A program made the position numbers and the translations under genes. The notes below the pieces were generated by a model. The model was not told the origin of the DNA and searched no databases. It saw only the letters and a list, made by a program, of their open reading frames with translations. A stretch of 64,000 nt of DNA from a virus. The DNA lies in the IMG/VR virus record IMGVR_UViG_3300048620_000016. One strand, 5' to 3'. Shown in pieces: positions 9,117 through 17,648 of this stretch. The first letter of the stretch is position 1. The number at the start of each line of letters is the position of its first letter.

Positions 9117-9129
9117 CGAGCCCTTCTGA
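8407..9129 (+). CDS. Putative replication initiator / replisome-organizer-like protein
   Basis: EARLTAEGLWRLTDEHGR resembles phage replication-initiator N-termini; position before late regulator. Confidence 0.55.
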   Translation: MQPRWPLKREPTERDREFPGYRMAPTEARLTAEGLWRLTDEHGRRTLQPEALAAELYSAGWLSAVSVEDATERVVLHVLQLEESGFLSTYAVGPEEWLALHRPLPALSLPAEPTSWAGRPTSPGFAGFDSTALEREREEARARARARANEIEHTNAASWARWQASQRPPQRSTQIPLEMLAPPIGCQDHPHGTTTEECGPCGTAAAQRREWFARERYERQLADEEFWRQQSGGSGDDEPF

Positions 9130-9931
9130 GGTCACCGGGTGTGCTCGTGGATGCGTGCAGGCCGGCGTGCACTACGCCGACTGCTCGATCTACGAGGACG
9201 AGCCTCCGACGCCGCGGTGCGAGGGGTGTGCACCGGCAGCAGTGGTCGACCGCCTGCTGCTGTGCGATCGCTGCTATCGCCGCACCCGGGGCCTCCTCCG
9301 GAACGCGTTCGATCTGCTCGCTCGGATGCGCACATTGACGGGTCAGGCCAAGGCCGTCGTCTACTCGCCTGTGAAGGTGTCGTCGAGTCGTGGGAGCGCG
9401 CGTGACCAGGTCGGGTCAGAGCTTCTCGACGCGATCACCGAGATCTCGTCGAACCTCAGTCGGTGGTCGCGCTACATCGACATGTCGACGCTGCGCGGGC
9501 TCGACCATGTGCTGACCGACATCGAGCAGACGTGGCGGCTCTCGGCGGCGGTGCTCGACACGCACAGCGAGGATGACACGGGAGCGCGTCACTGGTCGCT
9601 CGCTGACGCGGCCGCGCGGTGGGGCATCGAGCGCCGCGACCGCCACGTCTACCCAGCAACCACCGTGCACGAGGACGACGTCGAGGAGATCATCACACCC
9701 ATCACTGAGTGGTACGACCCGATCCTGGTTGCCCGCGATGCTGCGCGACGTGCCGGCGTCGAGGAGAGGCAGCTGCGGCGCTGGGTGCAGCGTGGGTTGC
9801 TCGAGCCCGCCGCCGTGGTGCGCGGACCGGGCGGCACGGTGACGAAGTGGTACCAGGCCTCCGCGGTCGACGCGGCCGCTGAGAAGATGCGAGACCGACG
9901 CCACGCCGGGGTGAAGCTCGCACCAGAGTGA
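9107..9931 (+). CDS. Cys-rich protein with C-terminal MerR-like HTH; putative late-gene regulator (start probably 9113)
   Basis: CARGC, CEGC, LLCDRC motifs; AARRAGVEERQLRRWVQRGLL HTH; last gene before a promoter/terminator. Confidence 0.65.
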   Translation: MAMTSPSEVTGCARGCVQAGVHYADCSIYEDEPPTPRCEGCAPAAVVDRLLLCDRCYRRTRGLLRNAFDLLARMRTLTGQAKAVVYSPVKVSSSRGSARDQVGSELLDAITEISSNLSRWSRYIDMSTLRGLDHVLTDIEQTWRLSAAVLDTHSEDDTGARHWSLADAAARWGIERRDRHVYPATTVHEDDVEEIITPITEWYDPILVARDAARRAGVEERQLRRWVQRGLLEPAAVVRGPGGTVTKWYQASAVDAAAEKMRDRRHAGVKLAPE

Positions 9932-9944
9932 GGCCCGCGCTCCG

Positions 9945-9953
9945 TGGTACGCT
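9945..9953 (+). promoter_or_regulatory. Extended -10 promoter candidate TGgTACGCT (putative late promoter)
   Basis: TGnTAnnnT match in the intergenic gap after 9931. Confidence 0.5.
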
Positions 9954-9975
9954 GTGCGTGCACGGAATCTATGCC

Positions 9976-10009
9976 AAGAGCCTCGCCCGATCGGGTGGGG
10001 CTCTTTCTG
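9976..10009 (+). terminator. Intrinsic terminator-like hairpin
   Basis: aagagcctcgcccga/tcgggtggggctctt pairs fully with two G-U wobbles; ends in ctctttct. Confidence 0.7.
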
Positions 10010-10029
10010 GTTCCTGCGTGCCGATGCTC

Positions 10030-10207
10030 CACTTTCGCTAGCCGTTCGGGTCGGTCTGCGAGTGACGTGGCCGGCACGCGCCGCCCCGCCGTGACACGCG
10101 ACACACACAGTTGCCGTTGGCAGGTCGCTCGATGCGCGCGGCGGGGCCTCTACGTGAGAACCGGTGGGCGTCGGCTGTCGAAGTCGGCGCCCACCCGGCC
10201 ACACGTC
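10030..10207 (+). ncRNA. Candidate multi-stem structured RNA upstream of HNH
   Basis: Nested stems 10064-73/10196-207, 10083-91/10139-47, 10163-76/10182-95, plus a hairpin at 10030-64; no credible ORF. Confidence 0.4.
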
Positions 10208-10227
10208 AGCGACCGACGGGAGCCGGC

Positions 10228-10515
10228 ATGCCCGATGTGATCCGCTCCCGCCAGTACAAGCTCTTCCGCGCCGAGATGAAGGCGATGTGGAAGCAGCAGG
10301 GCAGGCCCTGCGCGGCGGATGGTCAGCCGATCAACTACGACGGCCCGCCAAACGATCCCGACTCGTTCGAGCTCGACCACATCAAGGCCCGCAAGACGCA
10401 TCCGCACCTCGCTCTGGACCCGAACAATGCACAGCCCATGCACGTGCGCTGCAACAGGGCGAAGGGATCCGGCGCGATGCTCCCGACCAACGGAGAGACC
10501 ACGGAGGACTGGTGA
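10228..10515 (+). CDS. HNH endonuclease (packaging-associated, HK97 gp74-like)
   Basis: FELDHIK...DPNNAQPMHVRCNRAKG; located before terminase. Confidence 0.9.
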   Translation: MPDVIRSRQYKLFRAEMKAMWKQQGRPCAADGQPINYDGPPNDPDSFELDHIKARKTHPHLALDPNNAQPMHVRCNRAKGSGAMLPTNGETTEDW

Positions 10516-10703
10516 TGGCAACCAACACTGCAGTGCGCAGGGTCACACTCAAGGACGGCCCACTCGCGGGGCGCACGTTCGACGTGCCCCGCGCGGACAC
10601 AGAGCTCGCACACCACGCTGCACCCGGTGGTCGATACCGCCTCACCGCCAAGCAAGGCACGTGGAAGGCCGACAAGCCGACCTCGAGCGAAAGCGGCGAC
10701 TAA
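10515..10703 (+). CDS. Hypothetical protein
   Basis: TGATG coupling; VTLKDGPLAGRTFDV. Confidence 0.65.
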   Translation: MATNTAVRRVTLKDGPLAGRTFDVPRADTELAHHAAPGGRYRLTAKQGTWKADKPTSSESGD

Positions 10704-10707
10704 ACGC

Positions 10708-11049
10708 ATGGCCGCTATGACGCCCATCACCGCGCACGTGTACATCCGTGTCGATGGATCCGACGTGCTCAACGAGGTCGGCGAGGCAACGATCCCGATC
10801 GCCGCCGACATCGACGCGACACGCGACGGAGTTGGCGTGCTCCGCGTCGACCTCGTCAACCTCGCCGCGCTGCTGCACAGGGTCGCCGACTCCATCGCGC
10901 CCACGCAGGCCGAACTGATGGTCGACAGCGAAGCGGTACACGATCACAAGCCGGTTCAGCACCGCGATGGTCGACCGCCGTGGTGCAACGAGTGCGGGCT
11001 CACCGCCTCATTCCACGAGCCCAAAGGACGCTTCGATCGTCAGGGGTAG
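10708..11049 (+). CDS. Hypothetical protein
   Basis: Fills gap before terS; PVQHRDGRPPWCNECG motif. Confidence 0.6.
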   Translation: MAAMTPITAHVYIRVDGSDVLNEVGEATIPIAADIDATRDGVGVLRVDLVNLAALLHRVADSIAPTQAELMVDSEAVHDHKPVQHRDGRPPWCNECGLTASFHEPKGRFDRQG

Positions 11050-11179
11050 GGGCGTCTCCATCTCTGCAGGTCGCGACCCTAGGCGACTCCGCCGGCAGTG
11101 ATTTCCCCCACCGGGAAAGACGCGGTTGCGGACGGTCTGTCCGCGTCCGCAAAGCCCAGATGATCGGGGGTTTTACGTC
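11050..11179. promoter_or_regulatory. Probable cos/packaging region
   Basis: Non-coding gap before terS with inverted repeats ttgcggac/gtccgcaa (11126-33/11145-52) and ttccc/gggaa; position typical for HNH-type phages. Confidence 0.45.
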
Positions 11180-11647
11180 ATGGCGATGAGCCCCGAGGAA
11201 CGACGCGAGCGGGACCGCGAACGCAAGCGAGAAGCCCGGGCGAGAGAGCGCGCTGAGCGGGAGGCGAACAAGCCGGCGACCGCGCCGGAGGGCCCGCCGC
11301 CCACCGTGATGCATGACGCGGTCGACGCGGCGATCGCCGCAGCGAAGTGGTTGACCGGCACCGACGCGGCCTCCATTGCGCAGGCTCGAGCGCTCGCCGC
11401 CCGGATCGATCTGCTCGAGCACGAGGGTGAGACGACGAAGGCGCTGTCGGCGCATCGTGCGCTGTCGCAGGTGCTGAACGATTTGGGCATCACAGCGACC
11501 AGGCGGATGCAGTACGAGCTGCGGTCGTTGAAGTCGGCCCCGAGATCGGGGGGTGACGAAGACGATGAGCGGGAGCAAGGCGAAGGCGAAGCGTCGAAGC
11601 CCAGCAACGTCACGCAGCTCAGGCGGCCGGCGAAGCGCCGGTCGTAA
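11180..11647 (+). CDS. terS: Terminase small subunit
   Basis: DAASIAQARALAARID...LNDLGIT pattern; directly precedes terL. Confidence 0.8.
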   Translation: MAMSPEERRERDRERKREARARERAEREANKPATAPEGPPPTVMHDAVDAAIAAAKWLTGTDAASIAQARALAARIDLLEHEGETTKALSAHRALSQVLNDLGITATRRMQYELRSLKSAPRSGGDEDDEREQGEGEASKPSNVTQLRRPAKRRS

Positions 11648-13304
11648 GGTCTTCGGCTGCCAGACCCCGAGACTCTTCACCCCACCCAAGCGCGAGCTCA
11701 CCCCGGAGACCTCCCTCGGCTTCGAGGTGCTCGAGTTCTGGGACTGGATGCGTGACCGCCTCGAGGAGCTCGACGCGCAGCGCGTCGACGGCGATGACAA
11801 CGAGTACCTCGAGCTGCTGCCGCGGGCGCTTGAGTGGCAGCGATGGCTGCTGATCCACGCGCTCGAGCTGCTCGAGGGCGACGGGTGCGTCTTCCGGTTC
11901 CGGACGGTGCTGCTGCTCGTGGCCCGGCAGAACGGCAAGTCGACGCTGCTGACCGTGCTCATCCTGTGGCGCATGTTCCAAGACGGCGCCCGCATGATCC
12001 TCGAGACGCACGCGACCACCGAACACGCGCGCGCCGCATGGGAAGAGGCCGTCGCGGTCGCCGACGCGATCCCCGAGCTCTCCGACGAGATCGCCAAGAT
12101 CAACGAGGGTAAGGGTTCCGAGCTGCTGCTGCTCGACGGTGGGGAACGGTTCAAGATCGCCACCGCCAACCGACGCGGCGGCCGCGGCTTCCGCGGAGAT
12201 CTCGTCATCTTCGACGAGCTCCGCGAGCATCAGGACTGGCGGGCATGGTCCGCGACCTCCAAGACCACCCTCGCCCGCAAGCGCGCGCAGGTCTGGGGCG
12301 TGTCCAACGCCGGCGACCTCACCAGCGTCGTCCTCCGCCACGTGCGGAAAGTCGCGATCGCGCACATCACGGGCGAGGCGGTCGACGGCGTGCCGGCGGA
12401 GATTGCCGACACGGTCGACCTCGACTCCATCGGACTGTTCGAGTGGTCTGCGGGCACGGTCGACGGCCGCGAGGATGGGGCGCCCCGCGGGATCTGGGAC
12501 CGCGAGGGGTGGGCGCAGGCGAACCCGTCGATGGGGTACACCGACCTCGACGAGCGCGCGATCGCGAACGCCGCGGCCACCGACCCGGAGTGGGAGTTCC
12601 GCACCGAGGTCCTCTGTCAGTTCGTCAACCTCGCCGGCGCCGGGCCGTTCCCCAACGGCTCGTGGCAGTCGGCGCTGGACAGCAAGGCCGCGCGCCTCGA
12701 GCGGGACGTCACTCGTGACCGGACCAAGCCCGCCTGCTACGGCATCGACATGTCCCACGGCCGCACGATGGTCTACATCTCGATGGCGTTCTGGGACACC
12801 GAGGGCCGGATCCGGGTGGAGAACGTCGCGATGCGTGCCGGCACCGACTGGGTGCTGCCGTGGCTGCAGTCCGATCTCCGCAAGGTCAAGCCCGATCACG
12901 TCGCCTTCCAGCGCCGCGGCGCCCCGATCTCGTCCATGTGGGACCAGTTCGAGCGCGCCGGCATCGACGTGCACTCGTGGGAGGGCTCGGAGCTGTCGGA
13001 GTGGCACGGCCAGTTCTACGACCTGGTGCGCTCGGCCGCGCTCGACGAAGCACCCGATGACGAGACCGACGAGCAGCGGCTCGCGCGGATCCGAATCAGC
13101 CACGGCGGGCAGCCGGCGCTGACGACCGCGGCACTGACGGCGCAGATCAAGCCGATGGGCGACGGGTGGGCGGTCGACCGCAAGGCCTCACCGGAGGACG
13201 CGGCGCCGCTGTTGGCGGCCGTGGCCGCGGTCGGGCTGCTGCTGACCGAACCGACCGGCGGCGCTGAGTCGGCGTACGAAGAGCGCGGCCTGATGGTCGT
13301 GTGA
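11553..13304 (+). CDS. terL: Terminase large subunit
   Basis: PRLFTPP..ELTPETSLGF N-terminus, Walker A VARQNGKS, Walker B LVIFDE, ANPSMG; start GTG 11553 or ATG 11565. Confidence 0.97.
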   Translation: MTKTMSGSKAKAKRRSPATSRSSGGRRSAGRKVFGCQTPRLFTPPKRELTPETSLGFEVLEFWDWMRDRLEELDAQRVDGDDNEYLELLPRALEWQRWLLIHALELLEGDGCVFRFRTVLLLVARQNGKSTLLTVLILWRMFQDGARMILETHATTEHARAAWEEAVAVADAIPELSDEIAKINEGKGSELLLLDGGERFKIATANRRGGRGFRGDLVIFDELREHQDWRAWSATSKTTLARKRAQVWGVSNAGDLTSVVLRHVRKVAIAHITGEAVDGVPAEIADTVDLDSIGLFEWSAGTVDGREDGAPRGIWDREGWAQANPSMGYTDLDERAIANAAATDPEWEFRTEVLCQFVNLAGAGPFPNGSWQSALDSKAARLERDVTRDRTKPACYGIDMSHGRTMVYISMAFWDTEGRIRVENVAMRAGTDWVLPWLQSDLRKVKPDHVAFQRRGAPISSMWDQFERAGIDVHSWEGSELSEWHGQFYDLVRSAALDEAPDDETDEQRLARIRISHGGQPALTTAALTAQIKPMGDGWAVDRKASPEDAAPLLAAVAAVGLLLTEPTGGAESAYEERGLMVV

Positions 13305-13320
13305 CGAAGGGGGTGGCCGG

Positions 13321-13530
13321 GTGGGTGTCTTCCGGAGAGTGCTTCTGTCGCGGCGCGTGATCGTGAACCTGACCGACGGCTCGTCGATCGAGGGTGTGCT
13401 CTACCGGGATCCGGGGCAGCTGCTCGTGCTCAAGAACGCGATCTACCACGAACCCGGCACCGAGCCCGTGGCGCTCGACGGTGACACCGTCGTCGAGCGT
13501 GCTCGGGTGCTTTTCGTGCAGGCACCGTAG
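13321..13530 (+). CDS. Small protein with Sm/LSm-like pattern
   Basis: VIVNLTDGSSIEGVL...LLVLKNA...G...V...RVLFVQ resembles Sm1/Sm2 motifs. Confidence 0.7.
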   Translation: MGVFRRVLLSRRVIVNLTDGSSIEGVLYRDPGQLLVLKNAIYHEPGTEPVALDGDTVVERARVLFVQAP

Positions 13531-13541
13531 AGGAGGCCCCC

Positions 13542-15467
13542 ATGGTCTACGCCGTCTCCGAGGGGAAGCTCCTGGCCGTCCAGAAGCCGACCTACAAGGC
13601 TCCCACGTCGCTCCGCATCAACGATGACCTGTCGCAGGACTGGGCGGCGATTTACCGGCAGCAGCCGTCGGTGCGCACGGTCGTCGACTTCCTCGCGCGC
13701 AACATCGCGCAGCTGTCGCTGCACACCTTCCGTCGCGTATCTGACTCCGACAGGGAGCGGGTCACCGACCACCAGTTCGCGCAGATGATGCGCCAGCCGA
13801 ACCCGTACACGACCGGCTACCGGCTGATGTTCTCGCTGATCGCCGACCGCGGCATCTACGACCGCGCACTCTGGGTGAAGGCGTACCGCGACGGCCGGTC
13901 GATGCTCGTCCGGATCCCGCCCCGCCTGTGGACGATCGCCGACGACGACAACTGGCTGGCCCCGACCACGTTCATCATCAAGGGCAACAAGGGCGCGACC
14001 GAGATCTCCGCCGAGCAGGTGGTCTACTTCCGCGGATACAACCCCGAGGACGAGCGCTACGGGCTATCACCGATCGAGTCGCTGCGTCGCATCCTCTCCG
14101 AGGAATATGCGGCCGGGCAGATGCGCGAGCAGATCCTCCGCAACGGCGCCCGAGTTTCCGGGTACATCCAGCGCCCGAAGGACGCCCCGGCGTGGTCAGA
14201 TCCCGCGCGAGAGCGTTTCACCCAGGGCTGGCGTGGCCAGTACATGGGTCACTCGGCCACCGAGGGCGGCGGCACTCCGGTGCTCGAGGACGGCATGACG
14301 TTCGTGCCGGCGTCGCAGACGGCCGCCGACCTGCAGTACATCGAGGCGCGCAAGCTCTCCCGCGAGGAGGCCGCGGCCGCGTACTTCATCCCGCCGCCGA
14401 TGGTCGGGATCCTCGATCACGCCACCTTCGGGAATATCCAGGAGCAGCACAAGATGCTCTACCAGGACACTCTGGGCCCGATCCTGCAGGAGGTGCAGCA
14501 GGAGATTGCGCTGCAGATCCTCTCCGACTTCGATGACGCCGAGGACCTCTACAGCGAGTTCAACATGGCGGAGAAGCTGCGCGGCTCGTTCGAGGAGCAG
14601 GCGGCGCAACTGCAGACGTCGGTCGGTGCGCCCTTCCTAACCCGCAACGAGGCACGTGCGCGCGCGAACCTGCCCCGCATCGAGGGTGGCGACGAGCTCG
14701 TCGTGCCCCTCAACGTCCTCGTCGGCGGCCAGGCGTCACCTACGGACTCCGCACCACCGAAGTCGGCGGCGCTGTCGAAGGCGCTGACGGCGATCGAAAG
14801 CAAGGCGCGTGCCCCGCGCAGTTATGTCGCGAAGGCCGAGGAGGTCCTCAAGGGGTTCTTCGAGCGGCAGGCGCAGGTCGTCCGCTCGGCGCTGGGCGCG
14901 AAGGCGGATGCCGCCTGGTGGGACGCGGCACGGTGGGACCGTGAGCTCGGTGATGCGCTGTTCGCGTTGTCGGCGACGATCACCGAGGGTGTCGCGCGGG
15001 CGCAGCTGGCCAAGCTCGGTCTCGACCCGGACGACTTCGATCTGGACCGGACCCTCGCGTACCTGAAAAAGGTGGCCGGGTCGAACGCTTCGAGCATCAA
15101 CGCGGTGACCCGGATCCGCCTCGAGGAGGCGCTGCAGGATGCCGAGGACCCGCTCGCTGAGGTCTCGCATGTGTTCGACGTCGCAACCGAGGCACGCGCT
15201 CCGCAGGCGGCGTTGACGGTCGCCACGGCGGTCGCTGGTTTCGCGTCGATCGAAGCCGTCGAGCAGGTGCGTGGCACGCGCACGGCCACCAAGACGTGGA
15301 TCGTCACGTCCGGCAACCCGCGCCCATCTCACGCCCTGATGGCGGGGGAGACGGTGCCGCTCGATGACGTGTTCAGCAACGGCGCGAAGTGGCCGGGGGA
15401 TTCCTCGGCGCTCGACGTCGACGAGGTCGCCGGGTGCTCCTGCGACGTACAGATCAACTTCGAGTAG
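13542..15467 (+). CDS. Portal protein fused to a C-terminal MuF-like domain
   Basis: HK97-type portal (YGLSPIESL, VLEDGMTF, LTRNEARARANLPRIEGGDEL) plus KTWIVTSGNPRPSH...GCSC. Confidence 0.95.
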   Translation: MVYAVSEGKLLAVQKPTYKAPTSLRINDDLSQDWAAIYRQQPSVRTVVDFLARNIAQLSLHTFRRVSDSDRERVTDHQFAQMMRQPNPYTTGYRLMFSLIADRGIYDRALWVKAYRDGRSMLVRIPPRLWTIADDDNWLAPTTFIIKGNKGATEISAEQVVYFRGYNPEDERYGLSPIESLRRILSEEYAAGQMREQILRNGARVSGYIQRPKDAPAWSDPARERFTQGWRGQYMGHSATEGGGTPVLEDGMTFVPASQTAADLQYIEARKLSREEAAAAYFIPPPMVGILDHATFGNIQEQHKMLYQDTLGPILQEVQQEIALQILSDFDDAEDLYSEFNMAEKLRGSFEEQAAQLQTSVGAPFLTRNEARARANLPRIEGGDELVVPLNVLVGGQASPTDSAPPKSAALSKALTAIESKARAPRSYVAKAEEVLKGFFERQAQVVRSALGAKADAAWWDAARWDRELGDALFALSATITEGVARAQLAKLGLDPDDFDLDRTLAYLKKVAGSNASSINAVTRIRLEEALQDAEDPLAEVSHVFDVATEARAPQAALTVATAVAGFASIEAVEQVRGTRTATKTWIVTSGNPRPSHALMAGETVPLDDVFSNGAKWPGDSSALDVDEVAGCSCDVQINFE

Positions 15468-15475
15468 GAGATGCG

Positions 15476-16300
15476 ATGTTCACCAAGTCGATGCCCGTCT
15501 TTGTGAAGGCGGTCGGGGAGGCTGACGGCCTGGAGGAGGGTGTGTTCGAGGCGATCGTCTCTGTCTTCGGCAACGTCGACAGTTACGGCGACCGGATGAT
15601 CGAGGGCGCGTTCAAGGACACCCTCGACGAGTGGGCGGCGTCGGGCAACCCGATCCCGAGCTACTACTCGCACCGGATGGACGACCCCGACTACAACATC
15701 GGGGAGGTCCTGGAAGCCAAGGAGCTCCCGCCGGGCGACGCGCTGCTGCCGGAGAAGATCAAGGACCAGGGCGGCCTGTACGTGAAGGTCCAGGTGGACA
15801 TGCACGACGAGGCCCGGAAAGCCCGGCAGGTCTACCGACTTCTCAAGGGGCGCCGGCTGACGCAGTTCTCGTTCGCGTACGACGTCGTCGACTACGCGAT
15901 CGTCAAGGGCGAGAACGACGACCAGCAGGTCTGGGAGCTCCGCAAGGTGAAGCTCTACGAGGTCGGGCCCACACCGATCGGCGCGAACCAGGAGACGGAA
16001 CTTCTCGGGGTGAAGGCGGCCGGGCATCACGCCCGCCACCTCGCCGCCGAACTCAAAGCCGGCCGGGTCCTCTCGGCCAAGAACGAGAGCGAGCTGCGCA
16101 CCGCGTACGACTCGATCGGCAAGGTGCTGGCCGCTCTCGAAAACGAAGACGACAGCAAGGCCACCGGGCGCGAACCGGCCAAGGTCACCGATGAGCCCAC
16201 CGCGGCCAAGGCGACCGAGGAGCCCACGCGCGCACCGTCCGCCGCGACACGTCTGCAGCTCGAGCTCGCACTCAGCGAGTTCGAAACCATCAACGCCTGA
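15476..16300 (+). CDS. HK97-family prohead protease
   Basis: SVFGNVDSYGD, FSFAYDV, LYEVGPTPIGANQET. Confidence 0.95.
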   Translation: MFTKSMPVFVKAVGEADGLEEGVFEAIVSVFGNVDSYGDRMIEGAFKDTLDEWAASGNPIPSYYSHRMDDPDYNIGEVLEAKELPPGDALLPEKIKDQGGLYVKVQVDMHDEARKARQVYRLLKGRRLTQFSFAYDVVDYAIVKGENDDQQVWELRKVKLYEVGPTPIGANQETELLGVKAAGHHARHLAAELKAGRVLSAKNESELRTAYDSIGKVLAALENEDDSKATGREPAKVTDEPTAAKATEEPTRAPSAATRLQLELALSEFETINA

Positions 16301-16314
16301 AAGGGGCATCGCAC

Positions 16315-17622
16315 ATGAGTGTGGAAATCAAGGAGCGGATGGGCGCAGCGCTGAAGATCGCGCGCGACATCTCCGAGCTCGCGGCCAAGGAGAACCGCGA
16401 CCTCACGGCTGAGGAGAACGAGAAGGCCACCGCGGCCCTGCTCGACTACAAGGCCGCCAAGAAGGACTTCGAGCGGACGCAGTCCACCGAGCAGCTGAAG
16501 TCCGCGCTCGCCGAGATCGGCCTCGACCTCGGTCTCGAGCCCGCCGGTGAGAAGCAGGCGCCGGCGGCGTTCCGTCAGCCGTCGAAGCTGAAGACCCTCG
16601 GTGAGATGTTCGTCGAGTCCGAGCAGTACAAGGCGCTGATGAAGCAGTTCCCGTCGGGAACGATCAGCCGTGACGCTCGGGTGCAGTCCGCACCGCTGGG
16701 CGTCAAGGCGCTCATCACCGGCGCCGGCGACACCTCGGGTGGCGCGTTCGTCACCCCGGACCGCCAGGCCGACGTGGAGATGCTCGGCCGCCGGCCGCTC
16801 ACGGTCCGCGACCTCATCTCGGTGCGGCAGACCGACTCCGACACCGTCGAGTTCGTGCAGCAGCTCACGCAGCTGAACGCGGCCGACGTGGTCGCGGAGG
16901 CCACCAGCGCCGCCGCACCGACCGCGCCCGGCAGCGCCGGTCCGCTGGTGCTCAACGCGGGCGGCGGGTACAAGCCCGAGGGGTCGATGACCTTCGAGGT
17001 CGTGACCGCGACGGTCAAGACGATCGCCGAGTGGGTGCCCGCGACCAAGCGCGGCCTCGCCGACGCTTCGCAGCTGCGTGGCCTCATCGACCAGGAGCTC
17101 CGCGACGACCTCGCCGAGGCCGAAGAGGACGAGATCGTCAACGGTTCGGGCACCGGTGAGCACCTCACCGGCATCATGAACACGTCGGGGATCCAGACCC
17201 AGGCGTACTCCGCCACGGTCACCGACCTCGACCCGCTGCTCGAGACCACCCTCAAGGGCAAGACCAAGGTCAAGACGGTCGGCCGCTCGATCGCGTCCGG
17301 GTACATGCTGAACCCCGCGGACTGGGAGAAGATCCAGCTCGCCCGACTCGCGAAGAACCCGCAGAACGAGGCGGTCGCCGGCGCGATCCCGACCCTTCAC
17401 GGCCTGCCCGTGGTCGAGTCGGAGGCCATCACCGCCGGTGAGGGTCTGGTCGGCGACTTCCGCAAGGCGGTCCTCTGGGACCGCGAGCAGGCGGCGATCA
17501 GCGCGACGGACTCGCACTCGGACTTTTTCATCCGCAACCTCGTCGCGATCCTCGGCGAGGAGCGGGTGGCGTTCGGCGTGCTCCGCCCCAAGGCGTTCGT
17601 GAAGCTCGACCTCACCGCCTGA
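16315..17622 (+). CDS. Major capsid protein (HK97 fold)
   Basis: N-terminal coiled delta domain; SGGAFVTPD, VKTIAEWVPATKRGLADA, ERVAFGVLRPKAFV. Confidence 0.97.
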   Translation: MSVEIKERMGAALKIARDISELAAKENRDLTAEENEKATAALLDYKAAKKDFERTQSTEQLKSALAEIGLDLGLEPAGEKQAPAAFRQPSKLKTLGEMFVESEQYKALMKQFPSGTISRDARVQSAPLGVKALITGAGDTSGGAFVTPDRQADVEMLGRRPLTVRDLISVRQTDSDTVEFVQQLTQLNAADVVAEATSAAAPTAPGSAGPLVLNAGGGYKPEGSMTFEVVTATVKTIAEWVPATKRGLADASQLRGLIDQELRDDLAEAEEDEIVNGSGTGEHLTGIMNTSGIQTQAYSATVTDLDPLLETTLKGKTKVKTVGRSIASGYMLNPADWEKIQLARLAKNPQNEAVAGAIPTLHGLPVVESEAITAGEGLVGDFRKAVLWDREQAAISATDSHSDFFIRNLVAILGEERVAFGVLRPKAFVKLDLTA

Positions 17623-17648
17623 CATCTCACCACCGATCGGGGGTCACC

